DNA of 64,000 nt from an uncultured Acidobacteriota bacterium (GCA_963777605.1 CAVZRV010000013.1:64001-128000), one strand, 5' to 3'. Positions 18,652 to 27,430 are shown, numbered from the stretch's first letter. A program made the numbers and translations. Notes: generated from the letters alone by a model not told the origin.

Positions 18652-20289
18652 TCAGTTGGCGCCTTGAATGATTTTGAGAACCTGGTTGGCCGGGACATTC
18701 TCGAGTTTCTGGGTCTCTCCTCCCGGCCATCGAATCTCAATTGAGTCCACCTTCTGCGCTTTTCCCAGTCCGAAGTGGAGCCGGGAATCGACCTCTGAGA
18801 GGTATCCCCGGACGGGTTGAACGTTTTCGATTTGTCGCAGCGAATCAACCTGGACGGTGACCCGCGCGCCCAGAGCATCCCGCTCGGGGCCGGGGAGCTT
18901 CGGGACGACCTTAATCCAGTTGTTCTCGTTGCCACCGTCGTTGCGCAGCAACTTGGCGCGATCGTTCAGGTTGACGATCACCAAGTCGAGATCCCCGTCG
19001 TTGTCAAAATCGCCGAAGGTGGATCCCCGTCCAACCATTTTTACCCTGAAATAGTCTCCGGAGCGGTCGGAAACATCGTTGAAAACACCGGTGCCGTCGT
19101 TGTGAAGCAGCACATCCTCCTCGGTGTACTCGTGGTGAGCGTTGCCGTTGGAGACAAAGAGGTCGAGGTAGCCGTCATTGTCGTAGTCCACCAGGAGACC
19201 GCCCCAGCCGGTGTACTGACCGCAGGTGATGGCGACCTTGGAGCGGGTGGTCTGGTCTTCGAAGAACTCTCCCTGGTTCATTAGGAGACTGCTGTAGCCC
19301 ATGTCGGGGACGTAGATGTCCAGCAGTTGATTGCGGTCGATATCGCCCGGAAAGGGGCCCATCGAGGAAACGCCCTGTCCATGTTCGCCGAACGCCAAAC
19401 CCAGGAAGAGTCCCTTTTCGACGAAGGTCCCCTTTCCGGTGTTCTCGAAGTAGTAGTTTTCGGTGGCATCGTTGGCGACGTAGATGTCCATGTAGCCATC
19501 GCCGTTGAGATCGGCGGCGGTGGCACTCATGGCACGCCCGTTGTCCTTGAATACGCCTGCCTCACGGGCGACGTTAGTGAACGTGCCGTCGCCGTTGTTC
19601 CGATAGAGCGCATCGCTCTCGGCGCTGTAGCTCAGGGGGCCAGGGTAGCCGGCCGCGGCGTAGTAGGCCCGGAACTTTCCGTCATCGTAACGCAGGTAGT
19701 TGGCCACGTAGACGTCGAGGTCACCGTCATTGTCGTAATCGAGCCAGGGAGCGGAAAGGCTCCAGTTGGGGTCGGCCAGGCCCGCCTCTTTCGCAACGTC
19801 GGTAAACGTGCCGTCGCCGTTGTTCCGGTAGAGGACGTTCGAGCCGTAGTTCAAAACGTAGATGTCCACGTCCCCGTCGGCGTCGAAATCGACGGCGGAG
19901 CAGCCGAAGCTGGGACTTGGATCGCCAACCCCTGCCGAGTCGGTGACATCGGTGAAGGTGCCGTCCCCGTTGTTTCGGTAGAGATGGTTGAAGAGCTTTC
20001 CGCGCAGCTTCCGGCCACGGTTGTCGCTGATGGATTTGTCCCAGGAACCGTTCGGGAAGTAGAGGTCGAACCAGCCGTCGTTGTTGTAGTCGAGGAAGCA
20101 TGCCCCGGCACCGGTCCCCTCAACGATGTTGGTCAGGTCGAAATCGCCGAAGCTGTGTTTGAAGTCAATTCCCGCAGAGTCGGTGACGTCCACAAAAACC
20201 GGCAGGTTCGCCGGGTTCTGGGCCTGTCCCAGCGATCCGGCAATCGCCAGCGCGAACAAGAATAGGCATGGTCGGCGAAAGCACCTCAT
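18652..20289 (-). CDS. CRTAC1 family protein (FG-GAP/VCBS repeats + ASPIC/UnbV C-terminal domain)
   Basis: Multiple DxDxDGxxD Ca-binding repeats with LYRNNGDGTFTDV; C-terminal ALGARVTV..GYLS..RLHFGLG..IEIRWPGG. Confidence 0.92.
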   Translation of the reverse strand: MRCFRRPCLFLFALAIAGSLGQAQNPANLPVFVDVTDSAGIDFKHSFGDFDLTNIVEGTGAGACFLDYNNDGWFDLYFPNGSWDKSISDNRGRKLRGKLFNHLYRNNGDGTFTDVTDSAGVGDPSPSFGCSAVDFDADGDVDIYVLNYGSNVLYRNNGDGTFTDVAKEAGLADPNWSLSAPWLDYDNDGDLDVYVANYLRYDDGKFRAYYAAAGYPGPLSYSAESDALYRNNGDGTFTNVAREAGVFKDNGRAMSATAADLNGDGYMDIYVANDATENYYFENTGKGTFVEKGLFLGLAFGEHGQGVSSMGPFPGDIDRNQLLDIYVPDMGYSSLLMNQGEFFEDQTTRSKVAITCGQYTGWGGLLVDYDNDGYLDLFVSNGNAHHEYTEEDVLLHNDGTGVFNDVSDRSGDYFRVKMVGRGSTFGDFDNDGDLDLVIVNLNDRAKLLRNDGGNENNWIKVVPKLPGPERDALGARVTVQVDSLRQIENVQPVRGYLSEVDSRLHFGLGKAQKVDSIEIRWPGGETQKLENVPANQVLKIIQGAN

Positions 20290-22205
20290 TCATCCCCTCC
20301 TGAAAGTCTCTTCTGCTCCATCTCAACTGCGTTCTGCACCCGGGATCCGCCATGAGCACCCAGATCGATCCACTCAATCATCACCTGGGCGTGTGCCGGT
20401 TGCACCAGCGGTTTCCCCATATTGGGCGGGCCCTCGTTCTGATTCGGCACTGTCCCGTCCCAGGGAAGAGTAGTGATTTTGCCCAGGATGTGCCAGACCA
20501 GGGGACTGGTTCGGGCCCGGCCCGGGTCGATCCAGCGTTTTTCCCCGCCTTCCGAACCCGGGTTTCCGCCATTCAATCGCGCGTAAATTCTTGCGACATA
20601 CCCACTGGAATCCGTCCGGCCGTCGGGAGGACGGAAGTCCGCCCCCGAAGTTCCCCCGGAATGGCATGACTCGGTCGTGCATCCCTTCTGGATAACCGGA
20701 AGGACATCCCGCTGGAAATCGACATAGCGGCGCAGGTGGGCGGGCGCGGTCAGCCGGACGGGAGGCTTCTTCACCGCATCGACAAACCGGTTGTCCGGGA
20801 CCAGTTCTCCGTCTTCGTGGCAGCCGATGCATCCACGAGGTTCCTTGTTCCTGGCCCAGATCCAGCCGCAACTCTTGAGGGACATCCCCTTGTCGTCAAT
20901 GAGTTGCAGCTGGACCGGCGTGTTGGCCGGCACCTCGAAGAAGACGGAGCCGTCGGCTTCCAGGGGAACCTCACCGAGGATACGTTTGGGAATCATCGAA
21001 TCCCTGGATTCGGAATGAGCCGGCAGGCCCTCGAGGACGCGCACGCGCCTGGCGAGGGACTGCAGTTGTGTCCCATTCTTCAGATCGTTGATGCCGACGT
21101 TGAGGCAGTAGAACTGCCCGAAGGGATGGTTCTCGTTGACCACGCTGGAGCGGCCGTCGGGTTGGGGGCGAGCTTTGACTAGGCGCCCGTAAAGCAGGTT
21201 GCTGGATGAACTGGACAGCCAGGGCGTGAAGGTCCCGCTTTCCGGGTCCAGTTTCACGACTTCGAAACGTGAAGAGCCGGCCGAGGCTTTCCGGGAAACC
21301 AGGATCGAACCGTCCGGAAGCGGGGCGGGGGAGTAGAAAATCCCCTCTGCCGGCCCGGTGAGTCTTCGATAGGTGTGCATCGGGCGCCGAAGCGAGACCG
21401 AGCCCAGGGTTCCCCCGATGGCCCCCGCGTCGAGAGCCGATTCGACGAACACGGCCAGGTCATGGGTCGTCACCGTGGGCATTTGCTGGACCGGCGATCC
21501 CTGCAAGCCGGAAAAGGCGACCAGGTCGGTGCCGTCAACGTTCATGTTGAAGATCCGGGTCTGGCCGGCATCGCTTGCAGCAGTCCCGGCCCGCCGGCTC
21601 GAGAAGAGGATGCGACCGTCCCAACAAAGGAAGGGATCTTCGTCGGAGGACGGGTTATAGGTGATCCGCTTGATCTCGCTCCCGTCGAGTTGGCAGGAAT
21701 AAAGGTTGAGGGCTTTGCCGGTGCCCCGCTCGTTGTACTCACCTGCCGCGTCACTGACAAAGAGGATCTGAAGCCACGGCTCGTTCGCCGTGATGATGTA
21801 GTAGGCTGACAGGTAGATCGGAGAGCGACAGTTTCCGGAGTCGCGGGTGACCTGCCGGGTCTTTCCCGAATCAATCTCGTACTCGAAAATGTTCCAGGGT
21901 TCGCCGGCTGAGGGCCTTCCGGAAAAAAGGATCCGCTTCCCGTCGTAGGAGACGTCAGGTTCGCAGGCGCTCTCGAAACCCTTGCTGACGGCAACCGTTC
22001 GGCCGTCCGGATAGCGCAGTACTAAGCGGGCCCCGTCACAGACCTCGGAACGCTGAACTTTTGCCGGGGAGACGGAAGGCGGAAGCGCTCGTGCTTCCAC
22101 CAGGACGGTTGGTTCGGGGGGGGCGGGGGATTGCGCCCAGACCAACCCCGACACTCCGAAAACGATGAGAGAGAAAGAGAGGAGACCTCGCATTTCACGA
22201 GTCAT
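20286..22205 (-). CDS. Hydrazine synthase alpha subunit-like protein (TolB-like propeller + HZS-alpha middle domain + c-type heme domain)
   Basis: PDVSYDGKRILFS propeller; RILGEVPLEADGSVFFEVPANTPVQLQLID middle-domain signature; CIGCH; VDFQRDVLPVIQKG-CTTESCH. Its stop overlaps the next start (ATGA). Confidence 0.85.
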   Translation of the reverse strand: MTREMRGLLSFSLIVFGVSGLVWAQSPAPPEPTVLVEARALPPSVSPAKVQRSEVCDGARLVLRYPDGRTVAVSKGFESACEPDVSYDGKRILFSGRPSAGEPWNIFEYEIDSGKTRQVTRDSGNCRSPIYLSAYYIITANEPWLQILFVSDAAGEYNERGTGKALNLYSCQLDGSEIKRITYNPSSDEDPFLCWDGRILFSSRRAGTAASDAGQTRIFNMNVDGTDLVAFSGLQGSPVQQMPTVTTHDLAVFVESALDAGAIGGTLGSVSLRRPMHTYRRLTGPAEGIFYSPAPLPDGSILVSRKASAGSSRFEVVKLDPESGTFTPWLSSSSSNLLYGRLVKARPQPDGRSSVVNENHPFGQFYCLNVGINDLKNGTQLQSLARRVRVLEGLPAHSESRDSMIPKRILGEVPLEADGSVFFEVPANTPVQLQLIDDKGMSLKSCGWIWARNKEPRGCIGCHEDGELVPDNRFVDAVKKPPVRLTAPAHLRRYVDFQRDVLPVIQKGCTTESCHSGGTSGADFRPPDGRTDSSGYVARIYARLNGGNPGSEGGEKRWIDPGRARTSPLVWHILGKITTLPWDGTVPNQNEGPPNMGKPLVQPAHAQVMIEWIDLGAHGGSRVQNAVEMEQKRLSGGDE

Positions 22206-22311
22206 ACAACAAATCCTGAATAGACTCGACCCGCCGCGTGCTCGTTGGCCATGAGAGTGAGGCACTCGGGCCGAATGACAGTGTCTCGGTCTCGGAATCG
22301 CAGAAGACGAA

Positions 22312-22899
22312 CTACTCTTCCCGCTTCAGCATCGCAATGGCCTCGATCTCGACAAGCAGATCCTCACGGCAAAGCCTGGCCTGGATTCCGACACTCGCCG
22401 GCAGAGGGCTCAGTTCGAGGTAATTGAAGAAGGCGTTTCGGACCCGGTTGAATTCTTCGTAATCGCGCTCGATATCACGCAGATAGCAGGTGCATTTCAC
22501 GATATCGCGCCAGGTTGCCCCCTGGGCGGTGAGCAGTTCGGTGATATTCCGGTAGGTACGCCAGCACTGGGCGCGAAAATTGCCTTTGTGGACCGTGTCT
22601 CCTTTTTCGTCGACACTGGCGGTTCCCGAAATGAAAATCAGGTCGTGGTTGCCCATCTCGATGCGAAGGCCGCGCGAGAAGGCCGAACCGTAGTCATACG
22701 CTTCGTTCAGGACGGTGGAGGCGGAGACCGCCTGCCGTGTGACGGACGTGAACCCCGGTTGGTGTGCGACCTCGAGCAACGGTCGAACTGAGCCAGAAGA
22801 AGAGAGCAGGCCGAGAGCGACCAATTCCTGTCTTTCACCTTTAGTCAGGTTGCCAAATCCCGCCAGAATGTCGTCGCGCACGCTCACCAATGTGCTCAT
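22312..22899 (-). CDS. Rid (YjgF/YER057c/UK114) family protein, FkbO/Hyg5 chorismatase-like subtype
   Basis: SAFSRG, IFISGTAS, LCREDLLVEIEA; first gene of the operon, no signal peptide. Confidence 0.8.
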   Translation of the reverse strand: MSTLVSVRDDILAGFGNLTKGERQELVALGLLSSSGSVRPLLEVAHQPGFTSVTRQAVSASTVLNEAYDYGSAFSRGLRIEMGNHDLIFISGTASVDEKGDTVHKGNFRAQCWRTYRNITELLTAQGATWRDIVKCTCYLRDIERDYEEFNRVRNAFFNYLELSPLPASVGIQARLCREDLLVEIEAIAMLKREE

Positions 22900-23384
22900 T
22901 TACCGGTCCCTCCCAATCAGCATGTTTAAGAAGTACAGAATTCACCCACGGCTTCAGAACAGCAAGATCAGTGCCAGCATTCCAACTTTCTGAACGGAGC
23001 CCTCTAAGCCCTGAAAAAGAAATAGTTTATATAAAAAGTACGGTTTGCCGGGCCGCGCCTCGTGGAAAGCCTGTTCATAGATTCTATGGGCACCGGGATA
23101 CAAGCCGGCACCCTGGACCGGTCGGGCCCGCGGCAACAGGGAGCCGACTAACTTGTGGCGAATGAGTAGATTAGCCTTGAAGCCCTGAAGAAGGGCGGCT
23201 CCCGCATATACATGAGATGTAATTCGTACAATATGTGTTAACTCAAGATCTACATCGCGCGTTGGGGATTTGGTTTTCGGTCGCCGGCCCGAACCATCGG
23301 TGTTATGATGCTCTCCTGCCGCCCGGCGGGACCATTTTGACTTGAGCCCGACCACGTCCTTTCATATGATCTAACCTGCGGATC

Positions 23385-23400
23385 TTTGATTACTTTCAAA
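23385..23400. promoter_or_regulatory. Putative CRP/FNR-family binding site
   Basis: TTTGATtactTTCAAA matches TTGAT-N4-ATCAA at 9/10. A -10-like TATACG is at 23421-23426, followed by an AGGAGG RBS and ATG at 23449. Confidence 0.45.
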
Positions 23401-23448
23401 CGGTCTTTGGGAATCTACCGTATACGGAAAAAGACTAGGAGGATTTGA

Positions 23449-24078
23449 ATGCCCAAAGAGAAGAAGCCTGAGATGAGCAGCTCCGGCCTGTCCCGAAGAG
23501 ACTTCTTCAGAAGCGGCACCGTGGCCGGCATGTCGGCGGCACTGGTTTCGCAGAAGTCAGGGCTGGCCAAGAGTGAGGCGGGAACCCAGATTCTGGGCCC
23601 GGACCCGGTGCCAATCAGACTGATCGTCAATGGAAAGCAGCTCAATCTCAAGGTCGAGCCGCGGGTCACCCTGCTGGACGCATTGCGCAACGACCTGGGA
23701 ATAACCGGTGCAAAGAAGGTTTGTGACCGTGGAACGTGTGGTGCGTGCACGGTACTTCTTGACGGAAAGCCGGTTTACTCCTGCTCGGTGTTCGCGATCG
23801 AAGCGCAGGGAAAAGACATCGTCACCGTTGAGGGCCTCGGCACTCCCGACAAGATGCACCCGATACAGGAGGCGTTCGTGGATCACGACGCCCAGCAGTG
23901 CGGGTTCTGTACTTCGGGATTCGTGGTTGCCAGCAAGGCATTTCTGGACAAGAACCCGAATCCGAGCCTGGAGGATATCAACAAGGGTTTGGGCGGTAAC
24001 CTGTGCCGTTGCGGAACCTACGCCGGAATCCGCGGTGCAATCCTGCAGGCGGCTGGGAAAGGAGGAGACAATGCCTGA
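23449..24078 (+). CDS. Xanthine dehydrogenase/aldehyde oxidoreductase family 2Fe-2S subunit with Tat signal (PaoA/YagT-like)
   Basis: SRRDFF twin-arginine motif; GAKKVCDRGTCGACTV; QCGFC; NLCRCG. Confidence 0.93.
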   Translation: MPKEKKPEMSSSGLSRRDFFRSGTVAGMSAALVSQKSGLAKSEAGTQILGPDPVPIRLIVNGKQLNLKVEPRVTLLDALRNDLGITGAKKVCDRGTCGACTVLLDGKPVYSCSVFAIEAQGKDIVTVEGLGTPDKMHPIQEAFVDHDAQQCGFCTSGFVVASKAFLDKNPNPSLEDINKGLGGNLCRCGTYAGIRGAILQAAGKGGDNA

Positions 24079-26197
24079 TTATAAGTGGCCAGAAGCCGAT
24101 CAACGATGGCGAATCGGCCGCAACGTGTCCCGCGTGGACGGCCCCTCCAAGTCGACCGGATCGGCCGAGTACGCCTATGATGTCCGGCTCTACGGAATGC
24201 TCACCGCGAAAATGCTGACCTGCCCTTACGCTCACGCGCGGATTGTCAGCATCGACAGTTCCGCGGCCGAGAAGTTGCCGGGTGTCAAGGCTGTCAACGT
24301 GATCCAGGGGCCGGGAACGGAAATCCAGTGGGCGGGTGACGAAATCATATCAGTCGCCGCCGAGACCGAGGAGATCGCCCGGGATGCCCTCAAGCTGATC
24401 GACGTCAAATACGAGGTCCTTCCTCACCAGTTGGACGGTGAGAAGAAAGACGCCCCGGACGCCTCGGCGGCCCAGGAACAGGTGGCGGGCGATCCCGACC
24501 AGGGCATGACGAGTGCCGACAAGGTTTCGGAGGGGTACTACGGACTCGAATTGATCTCTCACTGCTGCCATGAATCGCACGGGACCGTGGCCTACTGGGA
24601 GGACGATGACCATCTCGTGGCTTATGCCTCGACCCAGGGAGTGAGCGTTCTGCCGGGTCAGTTCGCTGAAGGCCTGGGTATTCCCGCCGCCAATGCGCGC
24701 GTGATCTGTCAGAACATGGGCGGCGGATTCGGGAGTAAGTTCAGTGCCGACCGTTGGGGCATCGAGTGCGCCAAGCTCGCGCGAATGACCAAGCGGCCGG
24801 TCAAGCTCATGCTCGACCGGGATACGGACCTCCAGGTCGCCGGCGGGCGTCCATCTACATATGCCAGGATCAAGATTGGCGTGAAATCGACCGGCGAGAT
24901 CACGGCCTGGGCCTCCGAAACGTGGGGGACCGGTGGACCGAGCGGGACCAATAGTCCTCCGGTACCGTACGTGGTCGAAGTTCCCAACCGGCGGCACCAG
25001 CATACATCGGTCCCGACCAACACTGGTCCGTCCAGAGCCTGGCGGGCACCCAATCATCCCCAGGCCTGCCTGGTGACGATGGCGGCGATCGAGGATGCCG
25101 CGGCAGCGATCGGGATGGATCCGGTTGACTTCATCATGAAGAACATCCAGATGACCGAACCCCGGTCTCGGGAGTACACGGAAGAACTGCAGATCGGTGC
25201 CGAATTGATGGGCTGGAAGGAGCGCTGGAAGCCACGGGGACAGGGTGGCGACGGACCGGTCAAGCGCGGTCTGGGCGTTTCCCTGCATACTTGGGGCGGG
25301 CGCGGTCACAACAGCAACTGCGAGTTGCTGCTTCATCCCGACAGTTCCGTCGAGATCCGCCTGGGAAGCCAGGACCTCGGGACGGGAACCCGGACCGTCA
25401 TCGCGCTGGTTTGCGCGGACACCTTCGGCCTGGAAGCGAGCGACATCACCGTTCGTATTGGAGACAGTCGTTTTCCGGCTTCTGGCGCTTCCGGTGGAAG
25501 CACCACGGTCGGAGGCGTCAGTTCTACCGCACGGAGGGCGTCTCTGCTGGCTCTCGAGCAGTTGCTGACCCGGGTCGCACCGGAGTTGAACGCCCAGCCA
25601 GGCGAGTTGGAAGCGATCAATGGTCGAATCCAGGTCAAGGATTTTCCGGATCGCTACCTGACCTGGAAAGAAGCAACGTCGATGCTGGGTGTCTCGCCCA
25701 TCAGTGTTACGGGTCAGAATCCCGGCCCCGGGCGCCTGATCGACGGTGGCGTTGGCGGCATCCAGATGGCTGACGTTTCGGTCGATGTGGAAACCGGAAT
25801 CCTCAAGATCAACAAGATGGTCGCTGTCCAGGACTGCGGCCTCATCATCAACATGAAGACGGCCAAGAGCCAGGTTTACGGCGCCCTCATCATGGGAATT
25901 TCCTATTCCCTGGCCGAAGAGCGGATCATGGATCCGACGACCGGCTGGCTTCTCAACGATGACATGGAGTTCTACAAGCTGCCCGGCGTTGGAGACATCG
26001 GCGAGCTGGTCGTTCACATGATGACGGGACCGGGATACGACGAACGCGGCGTGATCGGCCTCGGTGAACCTCCGGTGATTTCTCCGGGGGCGGCGATCTC
26101 CAATGCCGTGGCCAATGCGATCGGAGTCCGGGTGCCTTACCTGCCCCTGACCTCCGATCGGATTCTCCAGGCTCTGGAGAAAGGAGGAGCAGCCTGA
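24071..26197 (+). CDS. Xanthine dehydrogenase family molybdopterin-binding subunit (PaoC/YagR-like)
   Basis: GGAGGAG RBS; RVDGPSKSTG; MGGGFGSK; AWRAP; QDLGTG; SGGSTT; catalytic GLGEPP. Confidence 0.93.
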   Translation: MPDYKWPEADQRWRIGRNVSRVDGPSKSTGSAEYAYDVRLYGMLTAKMLTCPYAHARIVSIDSSAAEKLPGVKAVNVIQGPGTEIQWAGDEIISVAAETEEIARDALKLIDVKYEVLPHQLDGEKKDAPDASAAQEQVAGDPDQGMTSADKVSEGYYGLELISHCCHESHGTVAYWEDDDHLVAYASTQGVSVLPGQFAEGLGIPAANARVICQNMGGGFGSKFSADRWGIECAKLARMTKRPVKLMLDRDTDLQVAGGRPSTYARIKIGVKSTGEITAWASETWGTGGPSGTNSPPVPYVVEVPNRRHQHTSVPTNTGPSRAWRAPNHPQACLVTMAAIEDAAAAIGMDPVDFIMKNIQMTEPRSREYTEELQIGAELMGWKERWKPRGQGGDGPVKRGLGVSLHTWGGRGHNSNCELLLHPDSSVEIRLGSQDLGTGTRTVIALVCADTFGLEASDITVRIGDSRFPASGASGGSTTVGGVSSTARRASLLALEQLLTRVAPELNAQPGELEAINGRIQVKDFPDRYLTWKEATSMLGVSPISVTGQNPGPGRLIDGGVGGIQMADVSVDVETGILKINKMVAVQDCGLIINMKTAKSQVYGALIMGISYSLAEERIMDPTTGWLLNDDMEFYKLPGVGDIGELVVHMMTGPGYDERGVIGLGEPPVISPGAAISNAVANAIGVRVPYLPLTSDRILQALEKGGAA

Positions 26198-27177
26198 TGA
26201 ACAAGTTCGAATATGCGAGTCCAAACACAGTCGAAAGCGCCATTCAGCTCCTCGGACCGGAAGCGGCCGTTCTGGCCGGCGGCAGTGACCTGCTGAGCCT
26301 GATGAAGGACGGGGGTGCCGCTCCCAAGCGGCTCGTCAGCATCAAGGCCATTCCGGACCTCTGCGGGATCACCGACCTCGGCAACAAGGGAATCCGCATC
26401 GGAGCCCTGGTGACGATTGACGAGTTCGTGGAACATCCCCTGATCCAGGCCAATTATCCGGCCCTGATTCAGGCCGCCGACGGTATCCGGAGCCACCAGA
26501 TTCAAAGCCTGGGAACCGTCGTGGGTGACCTCTGCCAGCGTCCCCGTTGCTGGTATTTCAGGACCGGCTTCGGTCTTCTCGCCATGAAAGACGGCAAGTC
26601 AATGGTCCTGGACGGCGATAACCGGTATCACGCGATTCTCGGGAATTCCGGGCCGGCCTACTTTGTTAGTCCTTCAACCATCGGCCCTGGGCTGATCGCT
26701 TTGGGGGCGCAGGTCGCCATTCAGGGACCCAAGGGAAGCCGGCAGACTCCGGTCGCCGATTTCTTCCGGATCCCGACTGCAGAAGGGGAGTTGGAACACG
26801 ACCTGGCTCCCGACGAAATCGTAACCGAGATCGTGATTCCTCCGGCTGCCGGCAAAAAGTCGGCAACCTATGAAGTCCGCCAGAAGGAAGCCCTGGACTG
26901 GCCGCTGACGGCCGCCGCAGTTGCTCTCGAAATGGACGGAGACACGGTCAAGGCAGCCAAAGTGGTCCTCGGACACGTGGCGCCCAAGCCCTGGGTAGCG
27001 GACGCTGCAGCTGCGGCCCTCGTTGGCAAATCGGTCAGCGAGGCGACTGCGGCCGCTGCGGGAAAGGCCGCTGTTCAGGGAGCCAAGGCACTGAGCAAGA
27101 ATGGCTACAAGATCAATCTTACTCAGGTGACCGTCAAGCGCGCTGTGCTTCGAGCGGCCGGCAAGGAGGTAGCCTAA
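26197..27177 (+). CDS. Xanthine dehydrogenase family FAD-binding subunit (PaoB/YagS-like)
   Basis: LAGGSDL; IRIGALVT; CQRPRCWYFR; LGHVAPKPW; NGYK. Confidence 0.92.
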   Translation: MNKFEYASPNTVESAIQLLGPEAAVLAGGSDLLSLMKDGGAAPKRLVSIKAIPDLCGITDLGNKGIRIGALVTIDEFVEHPLIQANYPALIQAADGIRSHQIQSLGTVVGDLCQRPRCWYFRTGFGLLAMKDGKSMVLDGDNRYHAILGNSGPAYFVSPSTIGPGLIALGAQVAIQGPKGSRQTPVADFFRIPTAEGELEHDLAPDEIVTEIVIPPAAGKKSATYEVRQKEALDWPLTAAAVALEMDGDTVKAAKVVLGHVAPKPWVADAAAAALVGKSVSEATAAAAGKAAVQGAKALSKNGYKINLTQVTVKRAVLRAAGKEVA

Positions 27178-27383
27178 TGCCAATGGATAAGATCGAACGC
27201 GATGTCTGCAAGCGCCTCCGGACCAAGGGGATGTTCATTGATGCCGAGCCGGAGCCGACCGTTCCCAACACGAGCGACGGTTTCTGCTGGTGCACGCATT
27301 CCATGAACTGCCTCGGTCCTGACGGCAAGGTCGCGACCAAGGAAGTCTGCCGAATCGGAAGAGGCTGCTTCGAGTCTCGCTGA
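27177..27383 (+). CDS. Small Cys-rich hypothetical protein (6 Cys, possible metal or Fe-S binding)
   Basis: Translationally coupled (TAATG) with a GGAGG RBS; C..LRTKGMF..CWC....C LGPDG..C.....C. Confidence 0.7.
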   Translation: MPMDKIERDVCKRLRTKGMFIDAEPEPTVPNTSDGFCWCTHSMNCLGPDGKVATKEVCRIGRGCFESR

Positions 27384-27430
27384 GCAGGTGGCTGGTGTTC
27401 TGACTCAGGACACTGGATCGTTCGAATGTA

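Noticed and set aside
18636-18935. N-terminal extension of the 1050-aa ORF (likewise 23708-24070 and 30582-30734)
   Set aside because: These overlap upstream genes; the downstream ATGs have an RBS and/or signal peptide.
11767-22899. Calling the cluster true anammox hzsABC
   Set aside because: Gene order, the c554 fusion, the accessory genes, apparent loss of catalytic residues and the GC-rich heterotroph-like context all differ from anammox clusters. Homology alone does not show hydrazine synthesis.
22954-23355. 133-aa ORF in the divergent spacer (possible regulator or precursor peptide)
   Set aside because: Atypical composition, no RBS or motif; the region looks like promoter DNA.
24350-26224. 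624-aa antisense ORF, and similar ones at 12094-13503, 13304-14503, 15945-17207, 32832-34040, 37961-39193 and 55256-56818
   Set aside because: Shadow ORFs opposite well-supported genes, expected from high-GC codon bias; no motifs.
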